Under the pieces are notes generated by a model. The model saw only the letters and a list, made by a program, of their open reading frames with translations. It was not told the origin of the DNA and searched no databases. The translations under genes were made by a program, and so were the position numbers. A DNA stretch of 64,000 nucleotides from an uncultured Gammaproteobacteria bacterium. Its GTDB lineage: Bacteria > Patescibacteriota > Patescibacteriia > Magasanikbacterales > GWA2-37-8. Shown here one piece after another: positions 18,532-28,323 of this stretch; the first letter of the stretch is position 1, and each line of letters begins with the position of its first letter. The stretch spans positions 40,577 to 104,576 of the forward strand of contig CAZLNR010000001.1 of the NCBI GenBank assembly GCA_964561035.1, given 5' to 3'.

Positions 18532-19251
18532 ATGTTAAGTTATTTTTGGGCAACGTATCTCTATCAGCCGTTATTTAACGCGCTTATTTGGATTTATCTA
18601 AATATTGCGGAAAGAAATATGGGGTGGGCTGTTGTTTGGCTCACTATTTTTTTACGTATTATTTTATTGCCGCTTACATTTATTTCTGAGCGTGATGCAA
18701 TTCGCGAAAAAGAAGTGCAGGAACAGGCAAAACAAGCTGCTCGAGCATTTAAAAATGATGTTATAGCGCAAAAAGAAGAAATCAGGCGTGTGATGAAAAA
18801 ACACCATGTGTCACCGTGGGCAAAAGTAGTGTTACTTGGCTTCCAGATACTGGTGTTTGTACTTTTGTATCAGGTGTTTATTCGCGGTATTACCGGAGAT
18901 CGCATAATTAAATTGTTGTATTACTGGATAGATTTTCCAGGCAAGATTAATACGGATTTTTACGGTACTAATATCGGCGTGCACCATAACGTATTTTGGT
19001 CGGGTGTTGTGGCAATCTATTTATTTTTTTCAATTTATCTTAACGAGTTTTCTCAAAGTAAAAAGGATAGCGCCAAAATGACATTTTTGTTTTTATTTCC
19101 GCTATTTACGTTTTCCATTTTATGGTATTTGCCAATGGTTAAATCGTTATTTATTTTGACAACCATGATTTTTTCTGATACTATTACATTCATCAGAAAA
19201 ACGTTATTTTCAGAAAAAAAATCAAAACCGAAAGCCGCCGGCCATCATTAA
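18532..19251 (+). CDS. yidC: YidC/Oxa1 membrane protein insertase
   Basis: LYQPLFNAL..MGWAVVWLTIFLRIILLPL, coiled loop, QILVFVLLYQV. Confidence 0.75.
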   Translation: MLSYFWATYLYQPLFNALIWIYLNIAERNMGWAVVWLTIFLRIILLPLTFISERDAIREKEVQEQAKQAARAFKNDVIAQKEEIRRVMKKHHVSPWAKVVLLGFQILVFVLLYQVFIRGITGDRIIKLLYYWIDFPGKINTDFYGTNIGVHHNVFWSGVVAIYLFFSIYLNEFSQSKKDSAKMTFLFLFPLFTFSILWYLPMVKSLFILTTMIFSDTITFIRKTLFSEKKSKPKAAGHH

Positions 19252-19266
19252 TATTTTAATTTCAAT

Positions 19267-19833
19267 ATGTCAGGAGACTCTTTAGATAAATTAATGTATT
19301 CGTTTGTCATGGATGATGTTTTGAAAGGGTTGTTTATCAATGTGCCTCCGGGATATGTGGCTTGCGTGTATGATTTAGGCAGGGGTGTGTTAAAAAAAGT
19401 GTTGACCCCGGGCTTGCATCTCAAAATCCCATTTTGGCAAAAAGCAAAATTATTTAATACACAAACTTTGGAATATAGTATTTCTCGGCAGTTTAACCCT
19501 GAAAATGAACGTGCTATGGGCGATATTCCAATTGCCGCAGGTAGTAAAGACGGTCAGCGTCTTGGAGTAGAAGGAACCATTTTATTGCGTTTGGACGTGC
19601 ATCAGGTACCATCAATTTGGCAGACAATCGGTGAAGATTTTGTGGCAAAGATTGTTCGACCAACCATTCGCAGCCGCATTCGCATGGTGTTTAGCAAGTT
19701 TGATTACCAAGAAATTGTGGGCAGTAAGCGCGACGCTGTAGAGATGGAATTAAAGAATGAACTAGAGCGTATTTTCTATGCCAGAGGCATATATGTGGAA
19801 AACGTGCTATTAAGCGAAATTGGTAAGATATAA
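19267..19833 (+). CDS. SPFH/band-7 (prohibitin-like) domain protein, short
   Basis: VPPGYVACV..PGLHLKIPFWQ..SKDGQ..IVRPTIRSRIR. Confidence 0.8.
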   Translation: MSGDSLDKLMYSFVMDDVLKGLFINVPPGYVACVYDLGRGVLKKVLTPGLHLKIPFWQKAKLFNTQTLEYSISRQFNPENERAMGDIPIAAGSKDGQRLGVEGTILLRLDVHQVPSIWQTIGEDFVAKIVRPTIRSRIRMVFSKFDYQEIVGSKRDAVEMELKNELERIFYARGIYVENVLLSEIGKI

Positions 19834-19851
19834 GCTGTAAAATAAGGCAAC

Positions 19852-19876
19852 AAAACCCTCTTGACGAGGGTTTTTT
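19852..19876 (+). terminator. Terminator hairpin whose loop is the -35 box of the hrcA promoter
   Basis: AAAACCCTC-TTGAC-GAGGGTTTTTT. Confidence 0.65.
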
Positions 19877-19887
19877 GGTATGATATA

Positions 19888-19914
19888 TTATCACTCATGA
19901 GAGTTGAGTGATAA
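19888..19914. promoter_or_regulatory. Variant CIRCE operator (HrcA site)
   Basis: TTATCACTC-N9-GAGTGATAA versus consensus TTAGCACTC-N9-GAGTGCTAA; overlaps -10 of TTGACG-N17-TATATT upstream of hrcA. Confidence 0.88.
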
Positions 19915-19962
19915 TATATTCAGAACCGATTTACCCAAGTAAAATTATCTATCTCTGTTTAT

Positions 19963-20643
19963 ATGGATAATCGCAAACATCAGCTGCTTACCATGGTAAT
20001 AGAACATTATATCAAAAATGCAGAACCTGTCGGTTCCAAATTTTTGGTTTCCATTGGCGGTCTTGATTTTGGTGAAGCTACGGTGCGAAATGAGTTGCGC
20101 GAACTTGAAGAGGAAGGTTTTTTAACGCATCCGCATACATCGGCTGGCAGAATACCAACTGAAAAAGGATATAGATATTATGTCGATCAGCTAAATTTTG
20201 AAAACAGCAATATCCCTAAAAATGATTTTCAGTCCTTGGTTAATGCGGTGGCAGCGATTGAAGATTATGAGTTGGCTAGAAAAAAATTGGCCAAAGCTGC
20301 TAAGGATCTTTCTAACGAAACAGTGGTAATCGCTTTTTCGCCAGAAAAAATATACTATACAGGCTTATCAAATCTATTTAATAAATCAGAGTTTGCCGAT
20401 GCGAATAGTGTAGCTAATGTTTCTCAAATATTTGATCATTTTGAAGATTATTTAGAAGATTTTTTTGATAAAGTAGAAGATTCGCCGCGTTATTTTATTG
20501 GCAGCGAAAATCCGTTTGATGAAACGCTAAGCGTAGTGTCGGCACGGTTTGGCAAAGAGGGTATAGTGGCTCTATTGGGACCAAAGCGAATGGATTATAA
20601 ATATAATTTTAGTTTAATTAAAAAATTATTGGAGATTATTTAA
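19963..20643 (+). CDS. hrcA: Heat-inducible transcription repressor HrcA (short form)
   Basis: EPVGSK, ATVRNEL, HPHTSAGRIPTEKGYRYYVD, LLGPKRMDY. Confidence 0.93.
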   Translation: MDNRKHQLLTMVIEHYIKNAEPVGSKFLVSIGGLDFGEATVRNELRELEEEGFLTHPHTSAGRIPTEKGYRYYVDQLNFENSNIPKNDFQSLVNAVAAIEDYELARKKLAKAAKDLSNETVVIAFSPEKIYYTGLSNLFNKSEFADANSVANVSQIFDHFEDYLEDFFDKVEDSPRYFIGSENPFDETLSVVSARFGKEGIVALLGPKRMDYKYNFSLIKKLLEII

Positions 20644-20658
20644 ATAGCTTTTACTAAT

Positions 20659-21180
20659 ATGACTGATGAGCAAATTTTACCGGATGAGTCAGCTTTGCCA
20701 GAAAATGCAGGTGCTGCGGCTTGTGAAAATTGTGAAAAATGCAAAGCCGAAATGGAAGAATATAAATCAGGTTGGCAGCGTGCCTTGGCAGACTATAAGA
20801 ATTTACAAAAAGAAACAGCTGATATGCGCGGTGTTTGGGCCAAAGCCAGCGAGGAATATATTTTAGAAGAATTTATTCCAGTATATGAAAACTTTAAAAA
20901 AGCCTTTGCCCATAAAGACAGTATGCCTTCGGAAAATGGCTGGCAGCAATGGGCGGACGGTATCGGATATATCAAAAAACAGTTTGGAGATATTTTAAAA
21001 AGCTATCAGGTTGAAGAAATAAAAACAGTTGGTGAAAAATTTGATCCGCGCCTGCATGAAGCTATTGGCGAAGAAGAATCTGGCGAAGCACAGTCGGGAG
21101 TAGTCCTGAAAGAGGTAGAAGGCGGATACAAGCGAGGAGATAAAATCATTAAACCGGCACGAGTTATTATTAATAAATAA
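20659..21180 (+). CDS. grpE: Nucleotide exchange factor GrpE
   Basis: WQRALADYKN, GEKFDPRLHEAI, GYKRGDKIIKPARV. Confidence 0.93.
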   Translation: MTDEQILPDESALPENAGAAACENCEKCKAEMEEYKSGWQRALADYKNLQKETADMRGVWAKASEEYILEEFIPVYENFKKAFAHKDSMPSENGWQQWADGIGYIKKQFGDILKSYQVEEIKTVGEKFDPRLHEAIGEEESGEAQSGVVLKEVEGGYKRGDKIIKPARVIINK

Positions 21181-21184
21181 TTAT

Positions 21185-22192
21185 ATGAGCGAGCGCAGGC
21201 CGTTATCAGGTGAATTGCCTGATGAACATGATATTGAAGAAGCATTTGAGCGTTTACAATCCCCGGAAGGTCCCGGGCAGGTTAGTAGAGATATTGCATT
21301 TGATTCTGAAGATGGACGCACTACTGTAGTGGTTGATGAGGATCTGGTTGGGCCTGAATCATCGAGTGATAGTGCTGGTAATGTAGAATTAAGTTTTGGT
21401 TTTCCAAGTGTTCAGCGCACTTTAGGCGGTGATGGCGCTGGTTTGACAGCAAGTGATTTTGCTTCATCTGTAGACGATTTGCACCCAACATATGACAAGG
21501 TTCTCAATGATGTTAATGCCATTGTGAAAGATACGACCGCAAAAGATTTGGTTGCGTTAGTTGGAGGCAGGATGGAAAAAACTCGTTCTGCTGACACTCA
21601 GGGTGTTATCAATTATACAGTTTTGCTCCGTTTGCTGGAAAGATATGCGCAAAATAAGGGGTATAAGAATAATCCTAATTTTTTCAAAATAGTTGAAGTT
21701 CTTAGAGCGATAGATAAGTTAGACTATAATTTAAGCGAACATATTTCTCTTAATAATGATTCGCCTCGCTCATACTATGTGTTGAGAAAAATTGCTTACA
21801 TTTTAAATTCAAAATCGCCAAAAGATATTTTGAAAATGGTTAGAAGCGGTGGAATAAATCCATATTTAATTGCGGAAGTTGGCAAACGATATCAGACAAG
21901 TAAAACTATCTCTCAAGATTTGAAAAATAAAGTGCAAGTTGTTCTTGATGAGCAAAGAGTATATGAACCATTCTATGATGTGGAAGATATGATAGACGAA
22001 AGTTTGGAAGATCAAAAACCGCTGCTTTCGTTATTGAAGGAAAAACATGTGAGCTTAGACACAGTCCGGGGTTTGTTAGAAGATTACAAATCTGGAGCTA
22101 GAAGACAAGAGCGTAAAATGCATAATTATAAAACAGCTCTTGAAACTATGTTAAGAGATCCACAGTCAATTATTTTATTGGAGGGTGTGTAA
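21185..22192 (+). CDS. Hypothetical protein inserted between grpE and dnaK
   Basis: 335-aa ORF starting 4 nt after grpE; acidic disordered N-terminus, helical C-terminus. Confidence 0.7.
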   Translation: MSERRPLSGELPDEHDIEEAFERLQSPEGPGQVSRDIAFDSEDGRTTVVVDEDLVGPESSSDSAGNVELSFGFPSVQRTLGGDGAGLTASDFASSVDDLHPTYDKVLNDVNAIVKDTTAKDLVALVGGRMEKTRSADTQGVINYTVLLRLLERYAQNKGYKNNPNFFKIVEVLRAIDKLDYNLSEHISLNNDSPRSYYVLRKIAYILNSKSPKDILKMVRSGGINPYLIAEVGKRYQTSKTISQDLKNKVQVVLDEQRVYEPFYDVEDMIDESLEDQKPLLSLLKEKHVSLDTVRGLLEDYKSGARRQERKMHNYKTALETMLRDPQSIILLEGV

Positions 22193-22247
22193 TTATTTAT
22201 AAACAATCTTGTTAATTTTTAAATAAATCTAATTTCAATATATTCAT

Positions 22248-24149
22248 ATGTCCAAAGTTCTCGGAATTGATCTTGGTACCACCAACAGCTGTGTTGCAGT
22301 CATTGAAGGTGGGCAGCCAAAAGTGTTAGAAAATAAAGAAGGTAATCGCACCACGCCATCTATTGTGGCTATGTCTAAAACCGGAGAGCGGTTGGTTGGT
22401 CAGTTGGCTAAGCGCCAGGCCGTAACTAACCCGCAAAATACTTTGTATTCAGTGAAGCGCCTTATTGGCCGCCGTTTTGAAGATGCTGAAGTGCAACGCG
22501 ATTTGTCGTTATTGCCGTTTAAAATTGTTAAAAGCGATGACAAGGTAAAAATTGAAATGCAGGGCAAAGAATATACCCCTCAAGAAATTTCTGCCATGGT
22601 ATTGCAAAAGTTAAAAAGCGATGCGGAAGAAAAATTGGGAGAAAAAATTACCGAAGCCGTTATTACCGTACCGGCATATTTTGACGACTCGCAAAGACAA
22701 GCTACTAAAGACGCGGGCACTATCGCAGGCTTAAATGTGTTGCGTATTATTAATGAACCAACCGCAGCCGCATTGGCATATGGTTTTGATAAGAAAAAAG
22801 ATCAAAAAATTGCAGTCTACGATTTGGGTGGCGGCACTTTTGATATCTCTATTTTGGAAGTGAGTGCCGACACAGTGCAGGTATTATCTACCAATGGCGA
22901 CACTCACTTGGGCGGCGATGATTTTGATCAAAAAATAATCTCATGGATTTTGGAAGAATTTAAAAAAGACCAAGGTATCGATTTGAGCAAAGATCCATTG
23001 GCCTTGCAGCGCATTAAAGAGGCTGCGGAAAAAGCCAAGATTGAGCTCTCTACAGCCCAAGAAACCGAAGTTAATCAGCCGTTTATTACTTCTGATTCTT
23101 CCGGACCAAAACATTTGGTAATGAAATTAACTCGCGCTAAATTGGAAGAGCTGGTTGGAGATTTGGTTGAAAAAACCTTAGTGCCAGTTCGCAAGGCATT
23201 GGAAGATGCAAAATTATCAGCTAACGATTTGCACGAAGTGGTGATGGTTGGTGGTATGACTCGCATGCCGCTCGTATTGCAAACTGTAGAAAAGTTTTTC
23301 AATAAAAAACCAAATATTAGTGTAAACCCAGATGAAGTGGTTGCTATCGGCGCAGCTGTTCAAGCTGGCGTGTTAAAAGGCGAAGTGCATGATGTGTTAT
23401 TGCTTGATGTTATTCCTCTATCATTTGGTTTAGAGACCATGGGCGGAGTAATGACTAAGCTTATCGAACGCAACACCACTATTCCGACATCAAAGAGCCA
23501 AGTATTTTCTACAGCAGCGGACAATCAGCCAGCGGTAGAAATTAATGTGTTGCAAGGTGAGCGCTCTATGGCAGCTGACAATAAAACACTTGGCCGATTT
23601 ATTTTGGATGGTATTCCACCGGCTCCACGCGGCGTACCGCAAGTAGAAGTAACTTTTGATATTGACGCTAATGGTATTTTAAATGTAAAGGCTAAAGATA
23701 AGGCTACCAACAAAGAACAGTCAATTCGCATTGAAGCTTCCACTGGCTTGTCCAAAGAAGAAGTGGAAAAAATGAAACAAGATGCTGAAGTGCATGCCGC
23801 TGAAGATAAAAAGAAGCAGGAGCTTATTGAGGCGCGCAACATTGCCGATACCATGGTGTATACTACCGAAAAAATGATGAAAGAAGTAGAAGAGAAAAAA
23901 GTGGCGGTGACTGATGATGAGAAAAATAAAATTAATGATGCATTAAAAGCCGTAAAAGAAGTTAAAGATAAAGATGATGTAGAGGCAATTAAAAAAACAT
24001 CAGAGGAGCTATCGAAAGTTGCTCAAGCGGTTGGTGCTAAAATGTATCAAGCCGGACAGGCTGGCCAGCCAGGCGCTGATGCTGCGGCTTCGGGCGGAGA
24101 AGAAAAGAAAGATGAACAGGGTCCGATTGAAGGTGAAGTGGTAAAATAA
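22248..24149 (+). CDS. dnaK: Chaperone DnaK
   Basis: [32 protein letters not shown]. Confidence 0.98.
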   Translation: MSKVLGIDLGTTNSCVAVIEGGQPKVLENKEGNRTTPSIVAMSKTGERLVGQLAKRQAVTNPQNTLYSVKRLIGRRFEDAEVQRDLSLLPFKIVKSDDKVKIEMQGKEYTPQEISAMVLQKLKSDAEEKLGEKITEAVITVPAYFDDSQRQATKDAGTIAGLNVLRIINEPTAAALAYGFDKKKDQKIAVYDLGGGTFDISILEVSADTVQVLSTNGDTHLGGDDFDQKIISWILEEFKKDQGIDLSKDPLALQRIKEAAEKAKIELSTAQETEVNQPFITSDSSGPKHLVMKLTRAKLEELVGDLVEKTLVPVRKALEDAKLSANDLHEVVMVGGMTRMPLVLQTVEKFFNKKPNISVNPDEVVAIGAAVQAGVLKGEVHDVLLLDVIPLSFGLETMGGVMTKLIERNTTIPTSKSQVFSTAADNQPAVEINVLQGERSMAADNKTLGRFILDGIPPAPRGVPQVEVTFDIDANGILNVKAKDKATNKEQSIRIEASTGLSKEEVEKMKQDAEVHAAEDKKKQELIEARNIADTMVYTTEKMMKEVEEKKVAVTDDEKNKINDALKAVKEVKDKDDVEAIKKTSEELSKVAQAVGAKMYQAGQAGQPGADAAASGGEEKKDEQGPIEGEVVK

Positions 24150-24209
24150 TTATCATATTATTTTGTCTGCAACAAGGCGGTGGTATTTATATATAATTAA
24201 AATTATAAT

Positions 24210-24686
24210 ATGTCTGAGCATCAAGAGTCGGTCGGTTCTTTGGAAGCATTTAGATCGGAAATTCAGCGAATAGTTGACCGGCTTCGTCATGTAGATGGTA
24301 CGCTACAAAAAATTACCGACGTGAAAGAGTTGGATAATGACGCCTTAGCTATTTGGAATAATCTTAAAAATATTATACGTGATATTAGCCAGTTGGATGT
24401 AAACATGAACAATAAGGAGGTTCAAAAAAACTTTGATTATTTGTTAGAGAGAAGTCGTAAATTAGCCAATGATACAAAAAATTTGGCTGAAAGTAATGCG
24501 GCGCAATCAAAGAACTCGGCATGTGAATTTTATGCTTGGATTAATAATCGTATTCCTATAGGGCAAATTCAACTTGCGCTTGAGACTCTTGTGGACAGTG
24601 GTTCTGCTAAAAGTGCTGTAGAAGATTTGCAAGATTTGTCTAAAACTTCTATAGATTTATTAGCTGGGAAAGATGCGGCGGCATAA
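24210..24686 (+). CDS. Hypothetical helical protein between dnaK and dnaJ
   Basis: 158-aa ORF ending 6 nt before dnaJ. Confidence 0.65.
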   Translation: MSEHQESVGSLEAFRSEIQRIVDRLRHVDGTLQKITDVKELDNDALAIWNNLKNIIRDISQLDVNMNNKEVQKNFDYLLERSRKLANDTKNLAESNAAQSKNSACEFYAWINNRIPIGQIQLALETLVDSGSAKSAVEDLQDLSKTSIDLLAGKDAAA

Positions 24687-24692
24687 AAGAAT

Positions 24693-25763
24693 ATGGCCAA
24701 CAAAGATTATTACAAAATTCTCGGCGTAGAAAAAAATGCTTCGGCTGATGAGATAAAAAAAGCATTTAAAAAAGCAGCTATGCAGCATCATCCAGACCGA
24801 CCAGGCGGAGATGAGGCAAAGTTTAAAGAAGTAAACGAAGCCTATCAGGTTTTAAGCGATACTGAAAAACGCCAGCGCTACGACCAATTCGGCTCTGATT
24901 TTGAACAGCAGGGCGGTTTTGGCAATGGGGCTGGGTGGGAAGATGTTATGAGTGCGTTCAGAGGCGGTGGTTTTTCCGGAGGGGATTTCGGCGATATTTT
25001 TGGCGACTTATTTGGCAGTAGGGGAGGCCAGCGTCAAAATCGCGGACAAGATATTCAGGTTGATGTAGAGATAGATTTCAAAGAAGCTGCGTTTGGTGCA
25101 GAAAAAGAAATTACTTTGCGCAAACAAAATGCTTGTGATATTTGCCGCGGCTCTGGAGCAGAGCCAGGGTCAAAAATGGAAAAATGTTCTACGTGCAATG
25201 GTCGCGGCCAGGTAACCAAAATACAACATACTTTTTTAGGCACGATGCAAGCAGCGGCTCCTTGTGATGCGTGTCAGGGCAGGGGAGAAAAACCTGCGAA
25301 AAAATGCAAGCATTGCCATGGGTCTGGGGTTGCGCAAAGCAATTCTAATATTAAAATTAAAATACCTGGAGGCATAGAAAGCGGGCAGTCTATTCGTTTA
25401 GATGGCTATGGTGAGGCTGCTTCATTTGGCGGTGTGCCGGGCAGTCTATATGTGCGTGTGCGCGTAAAACCGTTAGCCGGTTTTTCACGAGACGGTTCAG
25501 ATGTATACACAGAGCAAGAAATTAGTTTTGTGCAGGCGGTGCTGGGAGACAAAATTCAAGTGCAAACCCTTGATGAAATGGTAACGCTTGTCGTGCCAGA
25601 AGGTGTTGAGTCAGGGCAATTGATTCGTATTAAACACAAAGGCATGAACAAACTGGGGGGTGGTAATCGTGGAGACCACTATGTTAAAATAAAAATCAGG
25701 GTTCCTAAAAAGATTAGCAAAGACACAAAAAAACGTCTTGAAGAGTTGCGAGCGGAGCTTTAG
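24693..25763 (+). CDS. dnaJ: Chaperone DnaJ
   Basis: J-domain HPD, G/F region, four CxxCxGxG repeats. Confidence 0.97.
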   Translation: MANKDYYKILGVEKNASADEIKKAFKKAAMQHHPDRPGGDEAKFKEVNEAYQVLSDTEKRQRYDQFGSDFEQQGGFGNGAGWEDVMSAFRGGGFSGGDFGDIFGDLFGSRGGQRQNRGQDIQVDVEIDFKEAAFGAEKEITLRKQNACDICRGSGAEPGSKMEKCSTCNGRGQVTKIQHTFLGTMQAAAPCDACQGRGEKPAKKCKHCHGSGVAQSNSNIKIKIPGGIESGQSIRLDGYGEAASFGGVPGSLYVRVRVKPLAGFSRDGSDVYTEQEISFVQAVLGDKIQVQTLDEMVTLVVPEGVESGQLIRIKHKGMNKLGGGNRGDHYVKIKIRVPKKISKDTKKRLEELRAEL

Positions 25764-25772
25764 CCCGTATTC

Positions 25773-26282
25773 ATGTCTAATAAGCATACAAAACAAGCTT
25801 TTGAGCGGTTTTATCTCGATCATATAGACAAGGTGTATCGCTTTGTTTTTTTTCGTGTTAATTGTGATAAGGATTTGGCGCAGGATTTGGTCTCGGAAAT
25901 TTTTATGAAGGCGCTCAAAAATTTTGCAGATTACGACGAATCGATTAGTAGATCCGCCTGGCTGATGACGATTGCTAAAAACCATATTATTAATTATTAT
26001 CGCGACACTAAGCCTATCGCGGAACTACCCCAGGACGAAGACGGTGAAATCCTTGACTCTTTTTGGCTAATTTCTGCTAAAAATGTATTTAAAAAGAACG
26101 AAAATGCCCGTTTTGTACAGGAGTTTTTGAGTGAATTAGACGAGGTCAGCCGAGAGATTGTAGCTTTTCATTATATTTATGGGTATAGTTATGCAGAGAT
26201 AGCTGAAATGAAGAAAATGACTGAAACAGCAGTAAAAGTGGCAGCTCATCGCGCTATCAAAAAAATGTCATCTCACATATGA
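25773..26282 (+). CDS. ECF RNA polymerase sigma-70 factor
   Basis: LAQDLVSEIFMKAL, WLMTIAKNHIINYYR, YSYAEIAE..AVKVAAHRA. Confidence 0.9.
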   Translation: MSNKHTKQAFERFYLDHIDKVYRFVFFRVNCDKDLAQDLVSEIFMKALKNFADYDESISRSAWLMTIAKNHIINYYRDTKPIAELPQDEDGEILDSFWLISAKNVFKKNENARFVQEFLSELDEVSREIVAFHYIYGYSYAEIAEMKKMTETAVKVAAHRAIKKMSSHI

Positions 26283-26998
26283 GTTTTAAAATAAAATACA
26301 ACCTATCTAAACTAAAAGGGTCTGCTAAGCCAGACGCTGTGTTTAAGAAACAGTTACATACAGATTTAATGTCTGCTTGGAATGGTTCTTTTGGCAAAAC
26401 ACCGTGGTACCATGGTGTGCTCGCTCATCGCATAGCGGCTAGCGCTCTCTTGATAATTATTTTGGCTACTAGCAGTGGCGCATATGCCTATGCAAGCCCA
26501 GAAGTTACCGAAGGAAGCGTGCTGTTTCCAGTTAAAGAAGCTATGGAGCGCGTAGAAGAAGTTACTAAATTTACCCCCGAATCTAAGGCCGCGTTCTATT
26601 TAAAGCAAATTGAACGTCGAGAAAAAGAACGATTAGTCTTGCAGACAAAGAAACCTGCAGCGTTAAAAGAAAAATATGAAACTGTTCAAATAGCCACAAC
26701 CACAGATGCTGATGAAAAAACAGCCAGCTTGCCGCAGCCTGATACAGGCACAGTTGGCAAAAAGGCTCGCGCTACAGATGGTAGTGATGAAGGCGAACAA
26801 GTAAAAAAAATTAATCGCAGTATTGATAACACCGAAAAAAAATTAGAAAAAGCAAAAGAGTTAATGGAAAAGCTTGCTGAAAAAAATACTGAACGTCAGA
26901 AAGAAATTAGAGCCAAAATTGAAAAACGGCTTGAAGAAAGAAAAAAACGCCTAGAAAAATTAGAAGAAAAGCAGTTGGAGCATGCGTTTGAAGACTAA
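26279..26998 (+). CDS. DUF5667-like membrane protein, putative anti-sigma factor
   Basis: ATGA overlap with sigma gene; KPDAVFKKQL, TM helix, EGSVLFPVKEAMERVE, Lys/Glu coiled coil. Confidence 0.65.
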   Translation: MSFKIKYNLSKLKGSAKPDAVFKKQLHTDLMSAWNGSFGKTPWYHGVLAHRIAASALLIIILATSSGAYAYASPEVTEGSVLFPVKEAMERVEEVTKFTPESKAAFYLKQIERREKERLVLQTKKPAALKEKYETVQIATTTDADEKTASLPQPDTGTVGKKARATDGSDEGEQVKKINRSIDNTEKKLEKAKELMEKLAEKNTERQKEIRAKIEKRLEERKKRLEKLEEKQLEHAFED

Positions 26999-27102
26999 TA
27001 TATCAAATTGCTGTTTAGATCTCGAATATTTTTTCGAGCAAAGAGGGTCGATAAACAGTGTTATTAATATTAATTAATTCATTAAAGTTAAATATTAAAT
27101 AT

Positions 27103-27858
27103 ATGAAAAAATACGTAATCTTAACACTGGTGGCCGTTATGGCATTTGGTTCTTTTGCTCCGGCATTTGCCAGAGAAGAGGAAAATAGAGGTAGAGAAGC
27201 AGCCGAAGTTAAAAAAGAATTGCGCGAAGAACGTCGTGATGAAGCTAAGGAAAAATTAGAGCGAGCTTTAAAAATTGCTCCTCGCGCCTTTACCGTTGCT
27301 GGTACGGTGGCTGCGGTAGATTTAACCACCACTACATCTTCAACTGGAAAATTAACTATACATGTAACTAAAGTTTTGCCAGGCACTCCAAAGCATTGGC
27401 CAACCTCTACAGTTGCATATCCAGAAAAAGAAAAAGACTTGGTAGTTACACTTACGGTAAAAACAACCTTATTGCGAGCTTATGGCGGCAAGATGAAAGC
27501 TTCCGAGATGGCAGTTGGCGATGAAGTTCGCGTAGTAGCAAAATACACAAAAGAAGGCGTAATTGAAGCAAAAGTTGTAAAAGATAACTCATTACATGTT
27601 ATTCTAAATAAAAAAGGCACTGTTGAAAGCATTGATGCTGCCAACGGAACATTTGTTTTGAAACAGGAGAAGAGAACCTTAACTGTTAAAACAAACAGCA
27701 ACACCAAATTTACCTTAAAAGGCACAGGCGCTGTTTCGTTTTCAAACCTGGTGGCAGGTGATGTGGTGCGCGTGGAAGGTGTTGTAAATTTAAACTCTAA
27801 AACTGTTGATACTCGCGCAGTGGTAATTGCCAAAAGAGCAGTTGCGCAAGCGCAGTAA
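27103..27858 (+). CDS. Secreted DUF5666-like (OB-fold repeat) protein
   Basis: Signal peptide ending AFA; two GxVxxxD..MAVGDEVRV / LVAGDVVRVEG repeats; start moved to ATG 27103. Confidence 0.7.
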   Translation: MKKYVILTLVAVMAFGSFAPAFAREEENRGREAAEVKKELREERRDEAKEKLERALKIAPRAFTVAGTVAAVDLTTTTSSTGKLTIHVTKVLPGTPKHWPTSTVAYPEKEKDLVVTLTVKTTLLRAYGGKMKASEMAVGDEVRVVAKYTKEGVIEAKVVKDNSLHVILNKKGTVESIDAANGTFVLKQEKRTLTVKTNSNTKFTLKGTGAVSFSNLVAGDVVRVEGVVNLNSKTVDTRAVVIAKRAVAQAQ

Positions 27859-27870
27859 AATCATTATCTT

Positions 27871-27912
27871 AAATATAAAACCGCCCCTTATCGTAAGGGC
27901 GGTTTTATATTT
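27871..27912. terminator. Bidirectional terminator between convergent genes
   Basis: AAATATAAAACCGCCC..GGGCGGTTTTATATTT. Confidence 0.85.
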
Positions 27913-28312
27913 AAAGTTGTTTGTCTAGCGCATCGTTTACCCAGGCATCAGCTTCTTTGTTGTTAGCTCGCAACGTATGCGTAAATGTTACTTTTTTAAA
28001 CTGTTGAGCCGCGTTGTATGCCTTAATAAATAGTTTTTGTAGGCCAGGATCTCTGACCTTGTACTGCCGGTTCATTTGTTTGGTTACCAGCTCACTATCC
28101 AAAATACAATGCACTTCCGTTGCGCCAAGTTCTTTGGCTTTCTCCAGAGCGGAAATTAAAGCCGAGTATTCGGCAAAATTATTTGTCTGCTCACCCAGAT
28201 AAATACCGTATCCGGCAACCGTGGCTCCAGTTTCATTTTTAATGACTACGCCTAATGCGGCAGGTCCTGGATTGCCTCGCGCGCCGCCATCAGTATAGGT
28301 GGTTAGTTTCAT
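27911..28312 (-). CDS. rnhA: Ribonuclease HI (archaeal/actinobacterial type)
   Basis: YTDGGARGNPGPAA, TNNFAEY, DSELV, NKEAD; start moved to 28312. Confidence 0.9.
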   Translation of the reverse strand: MKLTTYTDGGARGNPGPAALGVVIKNETGATVAGYGIYLGEQTNNFAEYSALISALEKAKELGATEVHCILDSELVTKQMNRQYKVRDPGLQKLFIKAYNAAQQFKKVTFTHTLRANNKEADAWVNDALDKQL

Positions 28313-28323
28313 AATAATTTTCT

